Below, piece after piece: positions 31,703-39,710 of a DNA stretch of 41,937 nt. Positions within the stretch are counted from its first letter, which is position 1; every line of letters begins with the position of its first letter. The stretch is taken from positions 1 through 41,937 of IMG/VR virus record IMGVR_UViG_3300031110_000003; one strand, 5' to 3'. The translations under genes and the position numbers were made by a program. A model generated the notes under the pieces. The model was not told the origin of the DNA. It ran no database searches and saw nothing but the letters and a program-made list of their open reading frames with translations. The stretch comes from a virus.

Positions 31703-32034
31703 TATTCACCTCTTAACTGGTTTGAAAAGTGATTTGTTTCTGTTTCGTTCACGGTGTAATAGCTGTCACTGATATAAGGAGACAGCACATGTCGCGATTT
31801 AAAAGCAGCCGTAGTCCGGCATTGGCAGATGATAGGCGCGAGCAGGTGTTGTCCGACTTGCTTAAGCTGCGAGAAGGCCTTGCCAGCGATGTTACCAATC
31901 TTAAGATCGGATCGGATGACTACAACGCTCTGTCGCAGCTTATCCTTCAAATCGTTGACGCGGGCATAGCCGTTTCCGGTGAAAGCGATTGGGTTAGCAA
32001 ATGGCATCGTACAAGCGGCTGGAAGTAGGCCCAT
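31702..32034 (-). CDS. Hypothetical protein (110 aa) filling the gap in the leftward operon
   Basis: Coupled at both ends: TGATG with the upstream gene at 32036-32032 and TAATG with xis at 31704-31700. It is fully antisense to the plus-strand ORF 31789..32028, so only one of the two may be real. Confidence 0.45.
   Translation of the reverse strand: MGLLPAACTMPFANPIAFTGNGYARVNDLKDKLRQSVVVIRSDLKIGNIAGKAFSQLKQVGQHLLAPIICQCRTTAAFKSRHVLSPYISDSYYTVNETETNHFSNQLRGE
31789..32028 (+). CDS. Alternative hypothetical protein (79 aa) on the opposite strand
   Basis: AAGGAGA SD lies 7 nt before the ATG at 31789. The sequence is helical and protein-like (DDRREQVLSDLLKLREGLASDVTNLKIGSDDYNALSQLILQIVDAG). It is codon-aligned antisense to 31702..32034. 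Confidence 0.4.
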   Translation: MSRFKSSRSPALADDRREQVLSDLLKLREGLASDVTNLKIGSDDYNALSQLILQIVDAGIAVSGESDWVSKWHRTSGWK

Positions 32035-32237
32035 CACTCCCCGCCTTTCAGGGCTTGGCGAACCTCTCCAGCCATTGCCATTCTCAAATGACGTTCTCGG
32101 ATTACCCGGTAATATCCGTCAGAACAGCGGATGCGATAATCCGCATAGAACGGATTAAAGTTCGGGGTGTAGCGTTCAATGATAACGCCCGGCACGCCGC
32201 TTAGAACCGAAACCACCACTTCGCCTGAGTGCTTCAT
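32034..32237 (-). CDS. Hypothetical early protein (67 aa)
   Basis: ATGA overlap with the upstream gene at 32237-32234. Sequence is MKHSGEVVVSVLSGVPGVIIERYTPNFNPFYADYRIRCSDGYYRVI... Confidence 0.6.
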   Translation of the reverse strand: MKHSGEVVVSVLSGVPGVIIERYTPNFNPFYADYRIRCSDGYYRVIRERHLRMAMAGEVRQALKGGE

Positions 32238-32503
32238 TCGCTCTGCTCCCCTAGTGGGCTGGCGTTGAGCAACCCAGACCAAATTTGTCGTGTAGCTGCT
32301 GGGCCAAGCATCATCTTGTATGCGGCGGCATCCATCCACTCTGTCGGCTCCTGTAGAGCGGCGAGGATGGTGGAAATGGCGGCTTTGGATAATTTGCGAT
32401 AAAAATCTTGCTCGTCTGATCTCTCCAAATGCCAAGGAAGTCCGGTGTCTAATGCTGTTTGCATCTCCCTCGCCACTTTCTCGATCAGTTCCTTACTCGC
32501 CAT
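32234..32503 (-). CDS. Hypothetical early protein (89 aa)
   Basis: Starts MASKELIEKVAREMQTALDTG... and has ordinary composition. Confidence 0.6.
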   Translation of the reverse strand: MASKELIEKVAREMQTALDTGLPWHLERSDEQDFYRKLSKAAISTILAALQEPTEWMDAAAYKMMLGPAATRQIWSGLLNASPLGEQSE

Positions 32504-32615
32504 GACTGGCCTCCTGAAAAGCTCGTTTCGCCTTTGCATACCAAACTCCAGCTCGGTCGGGGTTGAACCAGAACCAAATTACAAAGAACGTCATTAAAAA
32601 TTCGAAGCCGTTCAT
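32493..32615 (-). CDS. Micro-ORF: 40-aa membrane peptide MNGFEFLMTFFVIWFWFNPDRAGVWYAKAKRAFQEASHGE
   Basis: Hand translation. ATGA overlap with the upstream stop (32615-32612). It overlaps the next gene's start by 11 nt. Confidence 0.45.
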   Translation of the reverse strand: MNGFEFLMTFFVIWFWFNPDRAGVWYAKAKRAFQEASHGE

Positions 32616-32815
32616 TCTATGGCCTCCTTTGCGCGCAATATGGCGATGCGAACTTCTTGTGTGATGCCTAAGCGTGCCTGGTTATCCCGACCTGTGTAGA
32701 ACCGATTTACAAACCCAGCGCGGCGTAGCTTTCTGTCAGTGAAGTACCAAAAAATGCTGGGCACCTCTGCACCGGAGGCGATACGACACAGGCGCTTTAA
32801 ATCACGGGAGGTCAT
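32612..32815 (-). CDS. Hypothetical early protein (67 aa)
   Basis: An ORF in the coupled operon series. No domain recognised. Confidence 0.55.
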   Translation of the reverse strand: MTSRDLKRLCRIASGAEVPSIFWYFTDRKLRRAGFVNRFYTGRDNQARLGITQEVRIAILRAKEAIE

Positions 32816-32984
32816 TGGAAGACTCCGTTCTCTTATTCCAAGTTGCGATTAAGCGTTCCTCAGACTGATTAGGCACTGTAGCCACGTAGCAACCCTCACA
32901 AGTGATGTAAGGGTTATTGCCGCTGTGAGGGTGGACAAGCCGCGCAGATTTCCCGCAAAATGGACAGTTTTTTAGAGGCATCAT
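32802..32984 (-). CDS. Lar-family restriction-alleviation-like zinc-ribbon protein (60 aa)
   Basis: LKNCPFCGKSARLV...ITCEGCYVAT...ERLIATWNKR matches the Lar pattern CPFCG...C..C...AI..WN.R. Confidence 0.7.
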   Translation of the reverse strand: MMPLKNCPFCGKSARLVHPHSGNNPYITCEGCYVATVPNQSEERLIATWNKRTESSNDLP

Positions 32985-33340
32985 TTGCCGTCCTTACGCT
33001 TAAGGATATTCGCAATCCTGTTGTGAGTATCGAGAGCGGAAAAGACGCGATCATCGCGAGAGCAGCATTGTTCAGGCTTCACGAAACAGGAAATGATCGC
33101 GGCAGCATCCAATAGCGTGTCTTTCATTTCCTCGTATTCTCGACGGTCTTTGTGTCTTGCAACATTGATGGCTTCTGCAACGGCTTCCTGAGTGTCGAGA
33201 TCGATACCGATGTAATTGCAGAAGTTCACCCAATCATCGCTCATGCTGTCGGCGCGTTGCTTCTCGTCTTGATAAAGGCGCAGAAGCTCGGCTTCCCTAT
33301 CAGGCCCGTCTAGCTTGGATAGTCTGTCAATGAGGGTCAT
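32981..33340 (-). CDS. Hypothetical early protein (119 aa)
   Basis: ATGA-type overlaps at both ends. Helical and acidic. Confidence 0.6.
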   Translation of the reverse strand: MTLIDRLSKLDGPDREAELLRLYQDEKQRADSMSDDWVNFCNYIGIDLDTQEAVAEAINVARHKDRREYEEMKDTLLDAAAIISCFVKPEQCCSRDDRVFSALDTHNRIANILKRKDGK

Positions 33341-33840
33341 GGTTTGGCCTCCAAGGCGGCTCGGGCAATGCTGTTTGCCTGTGATTGTGGCGACGAGTAT
33401 TTAACTACTCGCTCCAATACCTTCCTTGTTTCTGAGAGTTGGGCTTCGGCTTTGTCTGTTCGTTCGACTAAACCAGCCGCTATTTCCTCCAGTGCGTGGT
33501 ATCGCGCCCGTTCCGCCGCAATGATGGCCTCGGCCTGCGAGCGCGTGACGACTGCAACTTGACCAGATGCACCTTCATTCTTGTAAAGACGGCTGATGCC
33601 CAATCCTTGGAAATCAAGTTGCCTGCCATATTCTGACGGAACATAACCCACGGTCTCCAACTCCTCGACCGGCGCGGCGGGGCGGGTGTTCCAGGCGGCG
33701 ATGGCTTGATCTTTGTTATTGCTGCCGTATGCTGATGATTTGCATTCAAAGCATTGCACCTGAAATACGCTCATAAATATTGTGCATTTTACTTTATCTA
33801 CACCGCCACAAAACGGGCAAGGCTTCAATTCATTCGCCAT
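33337..33840 (-). CDS. Second Lar-like zinc-ribbon protein with a C-terminal coiled-coil extension (167 aa)
   Basis: The N-terminus LKPCPFCGGVDKVKC...VQCFECKSSAYG...DQAIAAWNTR is followed by about 100 extra residues. Confidence 0.6.
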   Translation of the reverse strand: MANELKPCPFCGGVDKVKCTIFMSVFQVQCFECKSSAYGSNNKDQAIAAWNTRPAAPVEELETVGYVPSEYGRQLDFQGLGISRLYKNEGASGQVAVVTRSQAEAIIAAERARYHALEEIAAGLVERTDKAEAQLSETRKVLERVVKYSSPQSQANSIARAALEAKP

Positions 33841-34090
33841 GATCGCTGCCTCCTGTCGGGCGGGTGATTGGCGGATACCCATTCTCGGCCATAATCTTGT
33901 CGCACTCTTTCAAGGAGAGCAGCTTACCCGTACCGTAGTCGAGGCTGTCGATTATCCAGTCTTCGTCGATTTCGTTATAGCCAGTGCCGTAACGCTCTTC
34001 GAAAAGCTTATGAATTTCTCGGTTGTTAACGTTGTGCTTCCTCGCGAGACGGCAGGCGGCGTGTAAACGTGATGTTGTGAGCTTACTCAT
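33830..34090 (-). CDS. Hypothetical early protein (86 aa)
   Basis: GGGAG SD. ATGA overlap with the upstream stop at 34090-34087. Confidence 0.6.
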   Translation of the reverse strand: MSKLTTSRLHAACRLARKHNVNNREIHKLFEERYGTGYNEIDEDWIIDSLDYGTGKLLSLKECDKIMAENGYPPITRPTGGSDHGE

Positions 34091-35052
34091 TCCGACGCTC
34101 CCGGTGAGGCTGGGAGGGGACGCCAGTGGGTGGGTCTTTCTATTGTAAGACTGTCGTAGTAATGACCATCCCAAACATCTCTATATGTTGGGCCGCCTTC
34201 CATGTGGGGGTACAACACATATTGCTTACCCGATGAGCAGCGGAACGGCCATTTGCCGTCCCAACCAATAAATTCCGTCCCATCCTTCGGCGCGGTCTCA
34301 ATCGGCAGCCACCCATCCGCTACAGGCTGAGAGAGGGCGCGTAGGCGTTCAACTTCTTTTTCAAGGTCTGTAACGCTGTGCTTCAAGCCGTAAGCAGGGT
34401 CGCCGCCAATTGGGTCTCCCTCGTTATTCAATCCGAGAACTTCGCGATTGTATTTGTCGCGCCAGTCAACATTGTTTTTATTTGAAGCTCTGTCGTCTAC
34501 GTCTAAGCCAATTTCATTGAATGGGTCAGAAAGGGAATAAAGAGGCATCGAAAAGATATTGCCGGTGGTGGCAGCAGGTTCGTCGTAAACCTCCCACGTA
34601 TCTTCTGAAAGATTTCTATCTCCGGTCAAATGTCCGAATGGCCCATAGAGCCGCCGTCCTTCCTCCAACGCCTGCGCACGCGGAGATGGGGCCGTTATCG
34701 GATTTCCGATATCGATTGCGGACAGGATGCGAGCCTCATAGTCGGCCTGTGCTGCGGATTTGGCGGTTTCGAGGTTGTCGTAAATTGCAAAAAGCGCTGT
34801 CATTTCTTCATTATCAAAAAGAAGATTGTACTGTCCTTCTTTCGGATTGCTGATGAAGTACCAGCCTACGACCGTTTGCGCACGATCTCGAATGCCGTCA
34901 TCATCCTTTTCCCACTCCAGCTCCTTCACCTTCACCCCTTGCAGGAAAGGCAGGGCGGCTGTGAGGGCTGCGCGCATGTAGTCATCAGTTATACCGAAGC
35001 CACCTTCAGTTGCTTCTTGTGCTGCACGTACTGCTTCATCTGGGATGGTCAT
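34087..35052 (-). CDS. DUF551-type C-terminal domain protein (321 aa)
   Basis: The C-terminus DGWLPIETAPKDGTEFIGWDGKW...THWRPLPASP fits the W.PI...P.DG...L...W.PLP pattern of DUF551-like phage proteins. GGAGGG SD. Confidence 0.55.
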   Translation of the reverse strand: MTIPDEAVRAAQEATEGGFGITDDYMRAALTAALPFLQGVKVKELEWEKDDDGIRDRAQTVVGWYFISNPKEGQYNLLFDNEEMTALFAIYDNLETAKSAAQADYEARILSAIDIGNPITAPSPRAQALEEGRRLYGPFGHLTGDRNLSEDTWEVYDEPAATTGNIFSMPLYSLSDPFNEIGLDVDDRASNKNNVDWRDKYNREVLGLNNEGDPIGGDPAYGLKHSVTDLEKEVERLRALSQPVADGWLPIETAPKDGTEFIGWDGKWPFRCSSGKQYVLYPHMEGGPTYRDVWDGHYYDSLTIERPTHWRPLPASPGASE

Positions 35053-35300
35053 GAAACCCTCCAAACACGGACTGTTCCGTCGATTTGAACACGAGAGATG
35101 AACTTCCATCCATTGCCGCGAGCGTATTGGCTCATTGCGGCTTTCACCGATTTCTTACGACCGCCAGAAACAAGAAAACTGTCACCCGGAAGCATTTTTG
35201 AAAAAGGATAACTGATACGCTGTTCATCGTCTTTGAAACGACCATCAACAGGGATCGGAATGCCTTTTTCGATTGTTGGTAAATTGACGTGTGCGTTCAT
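35049..35300 (-). CDS. Hypothetical early protein (83 aa)
   Basis: ATGA-type overlaps at both ends. No domain recognised. Confidence 0.6.
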   Translation of the reverse strand: MNAHVNLPTIEKGIPIPVDGRFKDDEQRISYPFSKMLPGDSFLVSGGRKKSVKAAMSQYARGNGWKFISRVQIDGTVRVWRVS

Positions 35301-35716
35301 GCTCGCGTCCTCGCAATCCCAGACTGCATGAGCCGGGACAATGGAAGTGGTGGAAGGGCGGACTTGTCGATGCGGCCGGACTTTTCGAATTTCGGGAAGC
35401 CGGCGCTTTTAAGCGTGCCTTTCGGGCGCTTAATGCCTAGGTGCTTTTCCTCGCGGCGCTTGGCTTCGGAAATGACTGCCACGTCCTGACGGGTCTTTTC
35501 CTTATGGCAGCATTCGACGCCGAGGAGCTGACCGTCCTTTGCAGTAAGCTTTGCGCTCTTATCGATCTCAAGAGCATCTGCTTTGATATGATCGATATGA
35601 TAAGGCTTCTTGCCGAGGATCAGGCCGCAACCCTCACAGACGATTTCACCGTTAGGCTGCATCGAACGCTTGACGATTTCGGCATAGACCGACTTTGAGA
35701 ACTCACGCCGTGCCAT
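35297..35716 (-). CDS. HNH endonuclease (139 aa)
   Basis: CEGCGLILGKKPYHIDHIKADALE...CCHKEKT gives the Cys pairs plus the H-N-H core. Confidence 0.8.
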   Translation of the reverse strand: MARREFSKSVYAEIVKRSMQPNGEIVCEGCGLILGKKPYHIDHIKADALEIDKSAKLTAKDGQLLGVECCHKEKTRQDVAVISEAKRREEKHLGIKRPKGTLKSAGFPKFEKSGRIDKSALPPLPLSRLMQSGIARTRA

Positions 35717-35894
35717 GATGCACCTCCGAGAAGTCGGTAATCGACAGCGCTATATCAACAGCGAGAACACATTCCCGATCGAACCTTGTTTCCTCTGTTT
35801 CATTGACCAAAGCTGAATGTGTATCGGCATATTGCTGTGCATTTTTACGGGATCTGCGAGCATCCCAAGGAGCGCGTAAGGAAATAGCGGTCAT
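35703..35894 (-). CDS. Hypothetical early protein (63 aa)
   Basis: An ORF in the coupled series. No domain recognised. Confidence 0.5.
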   Translation of the reverse strand: MTAISLRAPWDARRSRKNAQQYADTHSALVNETEETRFDRECVLAVDIALSITDFSEVHHGTA

Positions 35895-36313
35895 GCTGCG
35901 TCCTCCAAGAAGGCGAGCGGGTCATAGCCAACGGCTTCGGAAAGCTTAGCCATTGCCTGATCCATGTAAGCGCAGAACTCGTCGTGGTTCATTGCTTCAA
36001 AGGATGTGCTGTCCGTTGCGATGTAGGATGAGCCGTCGAGGTTGTAACGAATTTCGACGTAGCCACAGGCACGCTTTAGCGCGTCATGTAGCTTTTCCGA
36101 GTTTGGCCACTTGCCTGTTGCTTTCACAACTTCGTTGAGAGCTTTCCAATATGTGCGCTGTTGAGGAAGGGAACGCTTGGTAAGCGATGCCAGGTTAAAC
36201 TCTGTGCCAAGAGGGGCCGCGAGCAACAATTCAGCATCGAAGCCGGAAACTGGCTGCAAACCGCGAGGGGTCTTGCGAACGACAATGAGCGCTTTTTCTT
36301 TCTTGGCCATCAA
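35891..36313 (-). CDS. NinB/DUF1367-like recombination-associated protein (140 aa)
   Basis: KRSLPQQRTYWKALNEVV... resembles the RSL.QN..LW motif of NinB-type proteins. It lies adjacent to SSB and the SSAP. The assignment is tentative. Confidence 0.4.
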   Translation of the reverse strand: MMAKKEKALIVVRKTPRGLQPVSGFDAELLLAAPLGTEFNLASLTKRSLPQQRTYWKALNEVVKATGKWPNSEKLHDALKRACGYVEIRYNLDGSSYIATDSTSFEAMNHDEFCAYMDQAMAKLSEAVGYDPLAFLEDAA

Positions 36314-36705
36314 CGGAACTCCGGCGCAAACGGAATCTCATCATCTATATCATTCGAGAAATTGGCTGGCTGGCCAGCATGACGCGACCGTGACGGCTCG
36401 CTGCGTTCTTCACGCTTAGGAGTATCGAAGTCGACTTCATTCACGCGGATCGTCGGATATGACTTTCCTTCATGTTCGCGCAGACCAAATTCACCATTCG
36501 CAGTGACGCGGGTTCCTTTGCGCAAATACTGCTCAAGGCTCTCGCCGCGCTTTCCCCAGATAGAGGCGTCAAACCACATCGTGCTCTTGTTCTGCCCGTA
36601 ACCGTCATCAACAGCCACGGTAAATCCAAGAACGGAATCCCCATTTTGAGTGCGACGAAGAACAGCGTCTTTGCCAATGCGGCCGGAAATTGTGATGTTC
36701 TTCAT
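36310..36705 (-). CDS. ssb: Single-stranded DNA-binding protein (131 aa)
   Basis: OB-fold N-terminus MKNITISGRIGKDAVLRRTQNGDSVLGFTVAV...WFDASIWGKRGESLEQYLRKGTRV and acidic tail DIDDEIPF. Confidence 0.9.
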   Translation of the reverse strand: MKNITISGRIGKDAVLRRTQNGDSVLGFTVAVDDGYGQNKSTMWFDASIWGKRGESLEQYLRKGTRVTANGEFGLREHEGKSYPTIRVNEVDFDTPKREERSEPSRSRHAGQPANFSNDIDDEIPFAPEFR

Positions 36706-36707
36706 GG

Positions 36708-37394
36708 TCAGGCCGCTTTCTGTTCTTCGGGGAGAGTGTTGCCGTAATCGGTGAGCGCCTGTTTCAGATTGTTTTGCCAATCAATAGGCAGCTTTTTTCG
36801 AAGCTCCATGCATTCCGCGTCACGCCACCAACGGCCAAGATCTGGCTGTGTCGTGTTCTGGCGCATGTCTTTCTCCAGCGCGGTATAAATAGCGCGGGTT
36901 TCATCATTCTTCGGTGCAGCAGGCTGGGTGTTCTGTGTTTCTTCCTGTCGAAACTCTTTCTCGACTTCGGCCACGTATTTCTGATCATCCCAACGACCAA
37001 GGAAGATGTTGGCGGCTATTCCAAGCTGCGAAGCGGCCTTGATAATCGCGTCCGTCAGGCTCTTTTTCGGCGCATCTTCATCAGACATGAGGCCCTTATC
37101 GCGGGTCTTCATGAGCGCTTTAGTCTGGCCGTAAGATTCGTAATAATGCTGACGGTCTGTGTGCCAGAAGCGAATGCGGCACCAATGCAGAATTTCATCA
37201 CCGAGTGGCGTGAAGTCTTCCGCCAGCACTTCCCAGCCAAAACCCTGACCAACAGGCCCAAACATTTCAGTCAGGCACATGATGACGTATTGAGGGTTTG
37301 GTGATGTTCCCTTGTAAGCCTTGCCTGTAATGGCTTTGGTGTACTTAGGATCAATATCGGCATGCGAATTCCAAAGATCTAGATTGGCTGACAT
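36708..37394 (-). CDS. Single-strand annealing protein, Rad52/Sak-like (228 aa)
   Basis: KKSLTDAIIKAASQLGIAANIFLGRWDD matches the K..TDAL.KA.S.LGIG.D.Y motif of Sak/Rad52-type SSAPs. It lies immediately upstream of ssb. Confidence 0.65.
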   Translation of the reverse strand: MSANLDLWNSHADIDPKYTKAITGKAYKGTSPNPQYVIMCLTEMFGPVGQGFGWEVLAEDFTPLGDEILHWCRIRFWHTDRQHYYESYGQTKALMKTRDKGLMSDEDAPKKSLTDAIIKAASQLGIAANIFLGRWDDQKYVAEVEKEFRQEETQNTQPAAPKNDETRAIYTALEKDMRQNTTQPDLGRWWRDAECMELRKKLPIDWQNNLKQALTDYGNTLPEEQKAA

Positions 37395-38143
37395 TACGCA
37401 ACCTTCCGTTCTTCGTTGACGGTAACGCCGTCGATGTTGTGATTGCCGCTGGCTACAATCTGGCGCGCAAGCCCATCTAAGAACTCGCGAAGTTCAGCAT
37501 TCTTATTTGACCAGACGTAACGAGCGAACGCGGTGTAATCGGTGACTTGTGAGACGTATGAGGTGCGCAGTGATGCGGCACGGCCAAAGCCCTTTGCAGA
37601 TGCTTTCTCGTTACCGATACGGCGCGCTTGCGAATCCGCTGCCTTGGCCTCTTTCACAAGCTGTTCAGCCTGTTCGTTCTGCTCAAGATTATCGCCGGTG
37701 CGCTGGCGCATAGCCTCCATAGCAAGACGGTTCTTTTCTTCCGCTTCTTTGAGTGCTGCCGCTTCTCTTTCAAGGCGCTCGTCTTCCTGCTTTTGAAGCC
37801 ATGGAGCGAGAGCTTTCTTACAAGCCTCAACTGCCTTCACAGTTTTGCCTGTGACGGTTTTTGTCTTGCCAATCAGGAGATTGAACCGATCCTGTATTTC
37901 GGACTTTGCATCATCGTGCGGCTTAGCCTCGTCCTTGCGTGCTTCGTCCGCTTCCTTCTCCGCTGCCTGTACAAGGCGCATAAGCTTCTGAATTTCGTCT
38001 GCCTGCTCTTGGCTGGTGATTTCTGCGCCATCGAGCCAAAGCTTGGCTTCGTCATAAAGTCCGTCGATCTTGTCCTTGACGGTTTCATATGCCGATGGAG
38101 GGTTGTTGCCGCCGATGACGGCGCGTTCATTTTCGGTTGTCAT
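37394..38143 (-). CDS. Coiled-coil hypothetical protein with an N-terminal GGNNPP motif (249 aa)
   Basis: TAATG overlap with the SSAP gene. The centre is highly charged and helical. Confidence 0.65.
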   Translation of the reverse strand: MTTENERAVIGGNNPPSAYETVKDKIDGLYDEAKLWLDGAEITSQEQADEIQKLMRLVQAAEKEADEARKDEAKPHDDAKSEIQDRFNLLIGKTKTVTGKTVKAVEACKKALAPWLQKQEDERLEREAAALKEAEEKNRLAMEAMRQRTGDNLEQNEQAEQLVKEAKAADSQARRIGNEKASAKGFGRAASLRTSYVSQVTDYTAFARYVWSNKNAELREFLDGLARQIVASGNHNIDGVTVNEERKVA

Positions 38144-38147
38144 GCCA

Positions 38148-38333
38148 TCACCTTGCTAAGTTGAGATTGCGGAAAGCCGAATGCCAAAGCCGCGCGGACA
38201 CTTTCCAGTAATCAGAGGCGCGTTCTCCTCGACCTTTCAAATCGTCGTAAATCGCCCAATCGCGGTATTCCTTCGCCAATTGGCGCTGGGTCTGCGAAAG
38301 GGAGAAGAACTGCTTCTTGGCTTCTTCACTCAT
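38148..38333 (-). CDS. Hypothetical early protein (61 aa)
   Basis: An ORF in the operon series. Confidence 0.5.
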   Translation of the reverse strand: MSEEAKKQFFSLSQTQRQLAKEYRDWAIYDDLKGRGERASDYWKVSARLWHSAFRNLNLAR

Positions 38334-38539
38334 GCGGCAATCCCTTCTTCGACTAAAAACTGGTGATCTGTGAGGGTGAGATATATCGACCGGATTTCAC
38401 GGCGTGCATCGTAAGGAAGAGGGCGGGCGAGAAGGTCGCCAGCTGCTTCAATGCGTTCGTCGATCGGCTTGTCTGTGCTGATTGCTGTCAGGTATTTCTC
38501 AACCTGTTCAGCGCTTAGGTGATCGGCATGATTGGTCAT
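38330..38539 (-). CDS. Hypothetical early protein (69 aa)
   Basis: ATGA-type overlaps with both neighbours. Confidence 0.55.
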   Translation of the reverse strand: MTNHADHLSAEQVEKYLTAISTDKPIDERIEAAGDLLARPLPYDARREIRSIYLTLTDHQFLVEEGIAA

Positions 38540-38949
38540 GACGCCACCCGCTGATCAGTGAGCGCGTTTTCAGACAGGCGCTTCATGGTTTCAGTCAGAG
38601 GGTTGATGAAATCGACTTCAATGTCGTTCTTGCGGCCAAGTTCGATGACATTGCCAAGAGCGCCCATGAATTCGCGGAACTTGGTTTCTTCGGCTGTTGG
38701 CAAGGCGGCAATGAACTTACGTGCTCTGGCAATTAACTTTGAAACGTTGTCGCCGCGCATGTATTCATTTTCGACATCCCAATCCCTTACGGAATTTGGC
38801 TTGCGCCATTCGAGCGTAAGCAAATGTTCTGCGTGACTTTCCACCCAGAAACGTACGACTGTTTGGGTTTTGCCCTTAGCTGCCAGTGCTGCTTGAAGTT
38901 CGTTGCAGACTGTCTGCATTTCAATGATTGTCATGGATTTAGAGGACAT
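38536..38949 (-). CDS. Hypothetical early protein (137 aa)
   Basis: GGAGTG SD before the ATG at 38949. Ordinary composition. Confidence 0.6.
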   Translation of the reverse strand: MSSKSMTIIEMQTVCNELQAALAAKGKTQTVVRFWVESHAEHLLTLEWRKPNSVRDWDVENEYMRGDNVSKLIARARKFIAALPTAEETKFREFMGALGNVIELGRKNDIEVDFINPLTETMKRLSENALTDQRVAS

Positions 38950-39058
38950 CAACTTCACTCCGAGCGATTTCCGCCATTGTTTCTGCATGGCAGAGCATGA
39001 GAAACGTTGCTGCTATGGCGATGATTAAAAGGGTGAGGGCGAGGGCGGCGTAGGTCAT
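38939..39058 (-). CDS. Micro-ORF: 39-aa membrane peptide MTYAALALTLLIIAIAATFLMLCHAETMAEIARSEVDVL
   Basis: Hand translation. ATGA overlap with the upstream stop (39058-39055). It overlaps the next start by 11 nt. Confidence 0.45.
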   Translation of the reverse strand: MTYAALALTLLIIAIAATFLMLCHAETMAEIARSEVDVL

Positions 39059-39285
39059 GATGCGCCCTCATAACTTTCGTTGAATTGCTGTCCTTCAACC
39101 GGCCAAACGGTGATGGTCGCACCCATTTCTAGAGCCTCACGAACAAACCAAACAATGTCGGCATTCGTGTCGAACGGCACATGCATACTGAGTAAATGGC
39201 CGTCTTTATCGCGGCTTTCAGCTTGCCAGCCTTGGCTTCTAACTTCCTCGGAAGTCATGAGGTTAATCTTGTTCGGATTTTTCAC
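39055..39285 (-). CDS. Hypothetical early protein (76 aa, GTG start)
   Basis: GGAGG lies 5 nt upstream of the GTG at 39285, which follows the previous stop by 2 nt. Confidence 0.55.
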   Translation of the reverse strand: MKNPNKINLMTSEEVRSQGWQAESRDKDGHLLSMHVPFDTNADIVWFVREALEMGATITVWPVEGQQFNESYEGAS

Positions 39286-39287
39286 GT

Positions 39288-39629
39288 TCACCTCCACCGG
39301 CTGTCTGAGCCGATCAGCAGGCACTCATCGAGCGACACTGTGCGGACGGCTGGCGTTTCTGTGTTTTCAAAACGGATTGCGGCGTAAGCGCTGCGCAGTT
39401 CTTTACCGAAAATGAACTGGCGTTCCGCTGCCGTAGGCTTCCAGTCACGCTTTGAAGGACGGGTGCGCTGGAAAGCGATGTAAGCATTCGTTTTCTCATG
39501 AGCGCGCTTGAAAGCTTCGGCCTGTAGCGAATAATCGCGCACCTTTTTCGCTGGCTTAGCCACTGTCTGCGCAATGCCTGCAAAGGCTTTGGCAAGGTCG
39601 TTTCCGGTGATCTGGTATGTGGAGTGCAT
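39288..39629 (-). CDS. First gene of the leftward early operon, hypothetical (113 aa)
   Basis: GGGAG SD. It lies about 30 nt downstream of the predicted leftward promoter and operators. Confidence 0.65.
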   Translation of the reverse strand: MHSTYQITGNDLAKAFAGIAQTVAKPAKKVRDYSLQAEAFKRAHEKTNAYIAFQRTRPSKRDWKPTAAERQFIFGKELRSAYAAIRFENTETPAVRTVSLDECLLIGSDSRWR

Positions 39630-39659
39630 TTCGTTGCTCCCAACTCGTTTGTTGAGATC

Positions 39660-39710
39660 AAACTATGAGAAACTCATACTTATGTCAAATAGAAATATGG
39701 AAAAGTCATA
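39660..39710 (-). promoter_or_regulatory. OL-like control region: operators TATGAGAAACTCATA (39664-39678, perfect palindrome) and TATGGAAAAGTCATA (39696-39710) flanking a leftward TTGACA -35 (complement of 39683-39688)
   Basis: It shares the 15-mer family with 150-164 and 176-190. On the minus strand TTGACA is followed after 16-17 nt by ATAGTT/TAGTTT. The first operator covers the -10. Confidence 0.6.

Noticed and set aside
36774-38164. Plus-strand ORFs of 176 aa and 178 aa over the SSAP and coiled-coil genes
   Set aside because: They are antisense to genes with clear motifs and overlapping-codon coupling. Their Leu/Phe/Cys/Arg-rich composition is typical of shadow frames.
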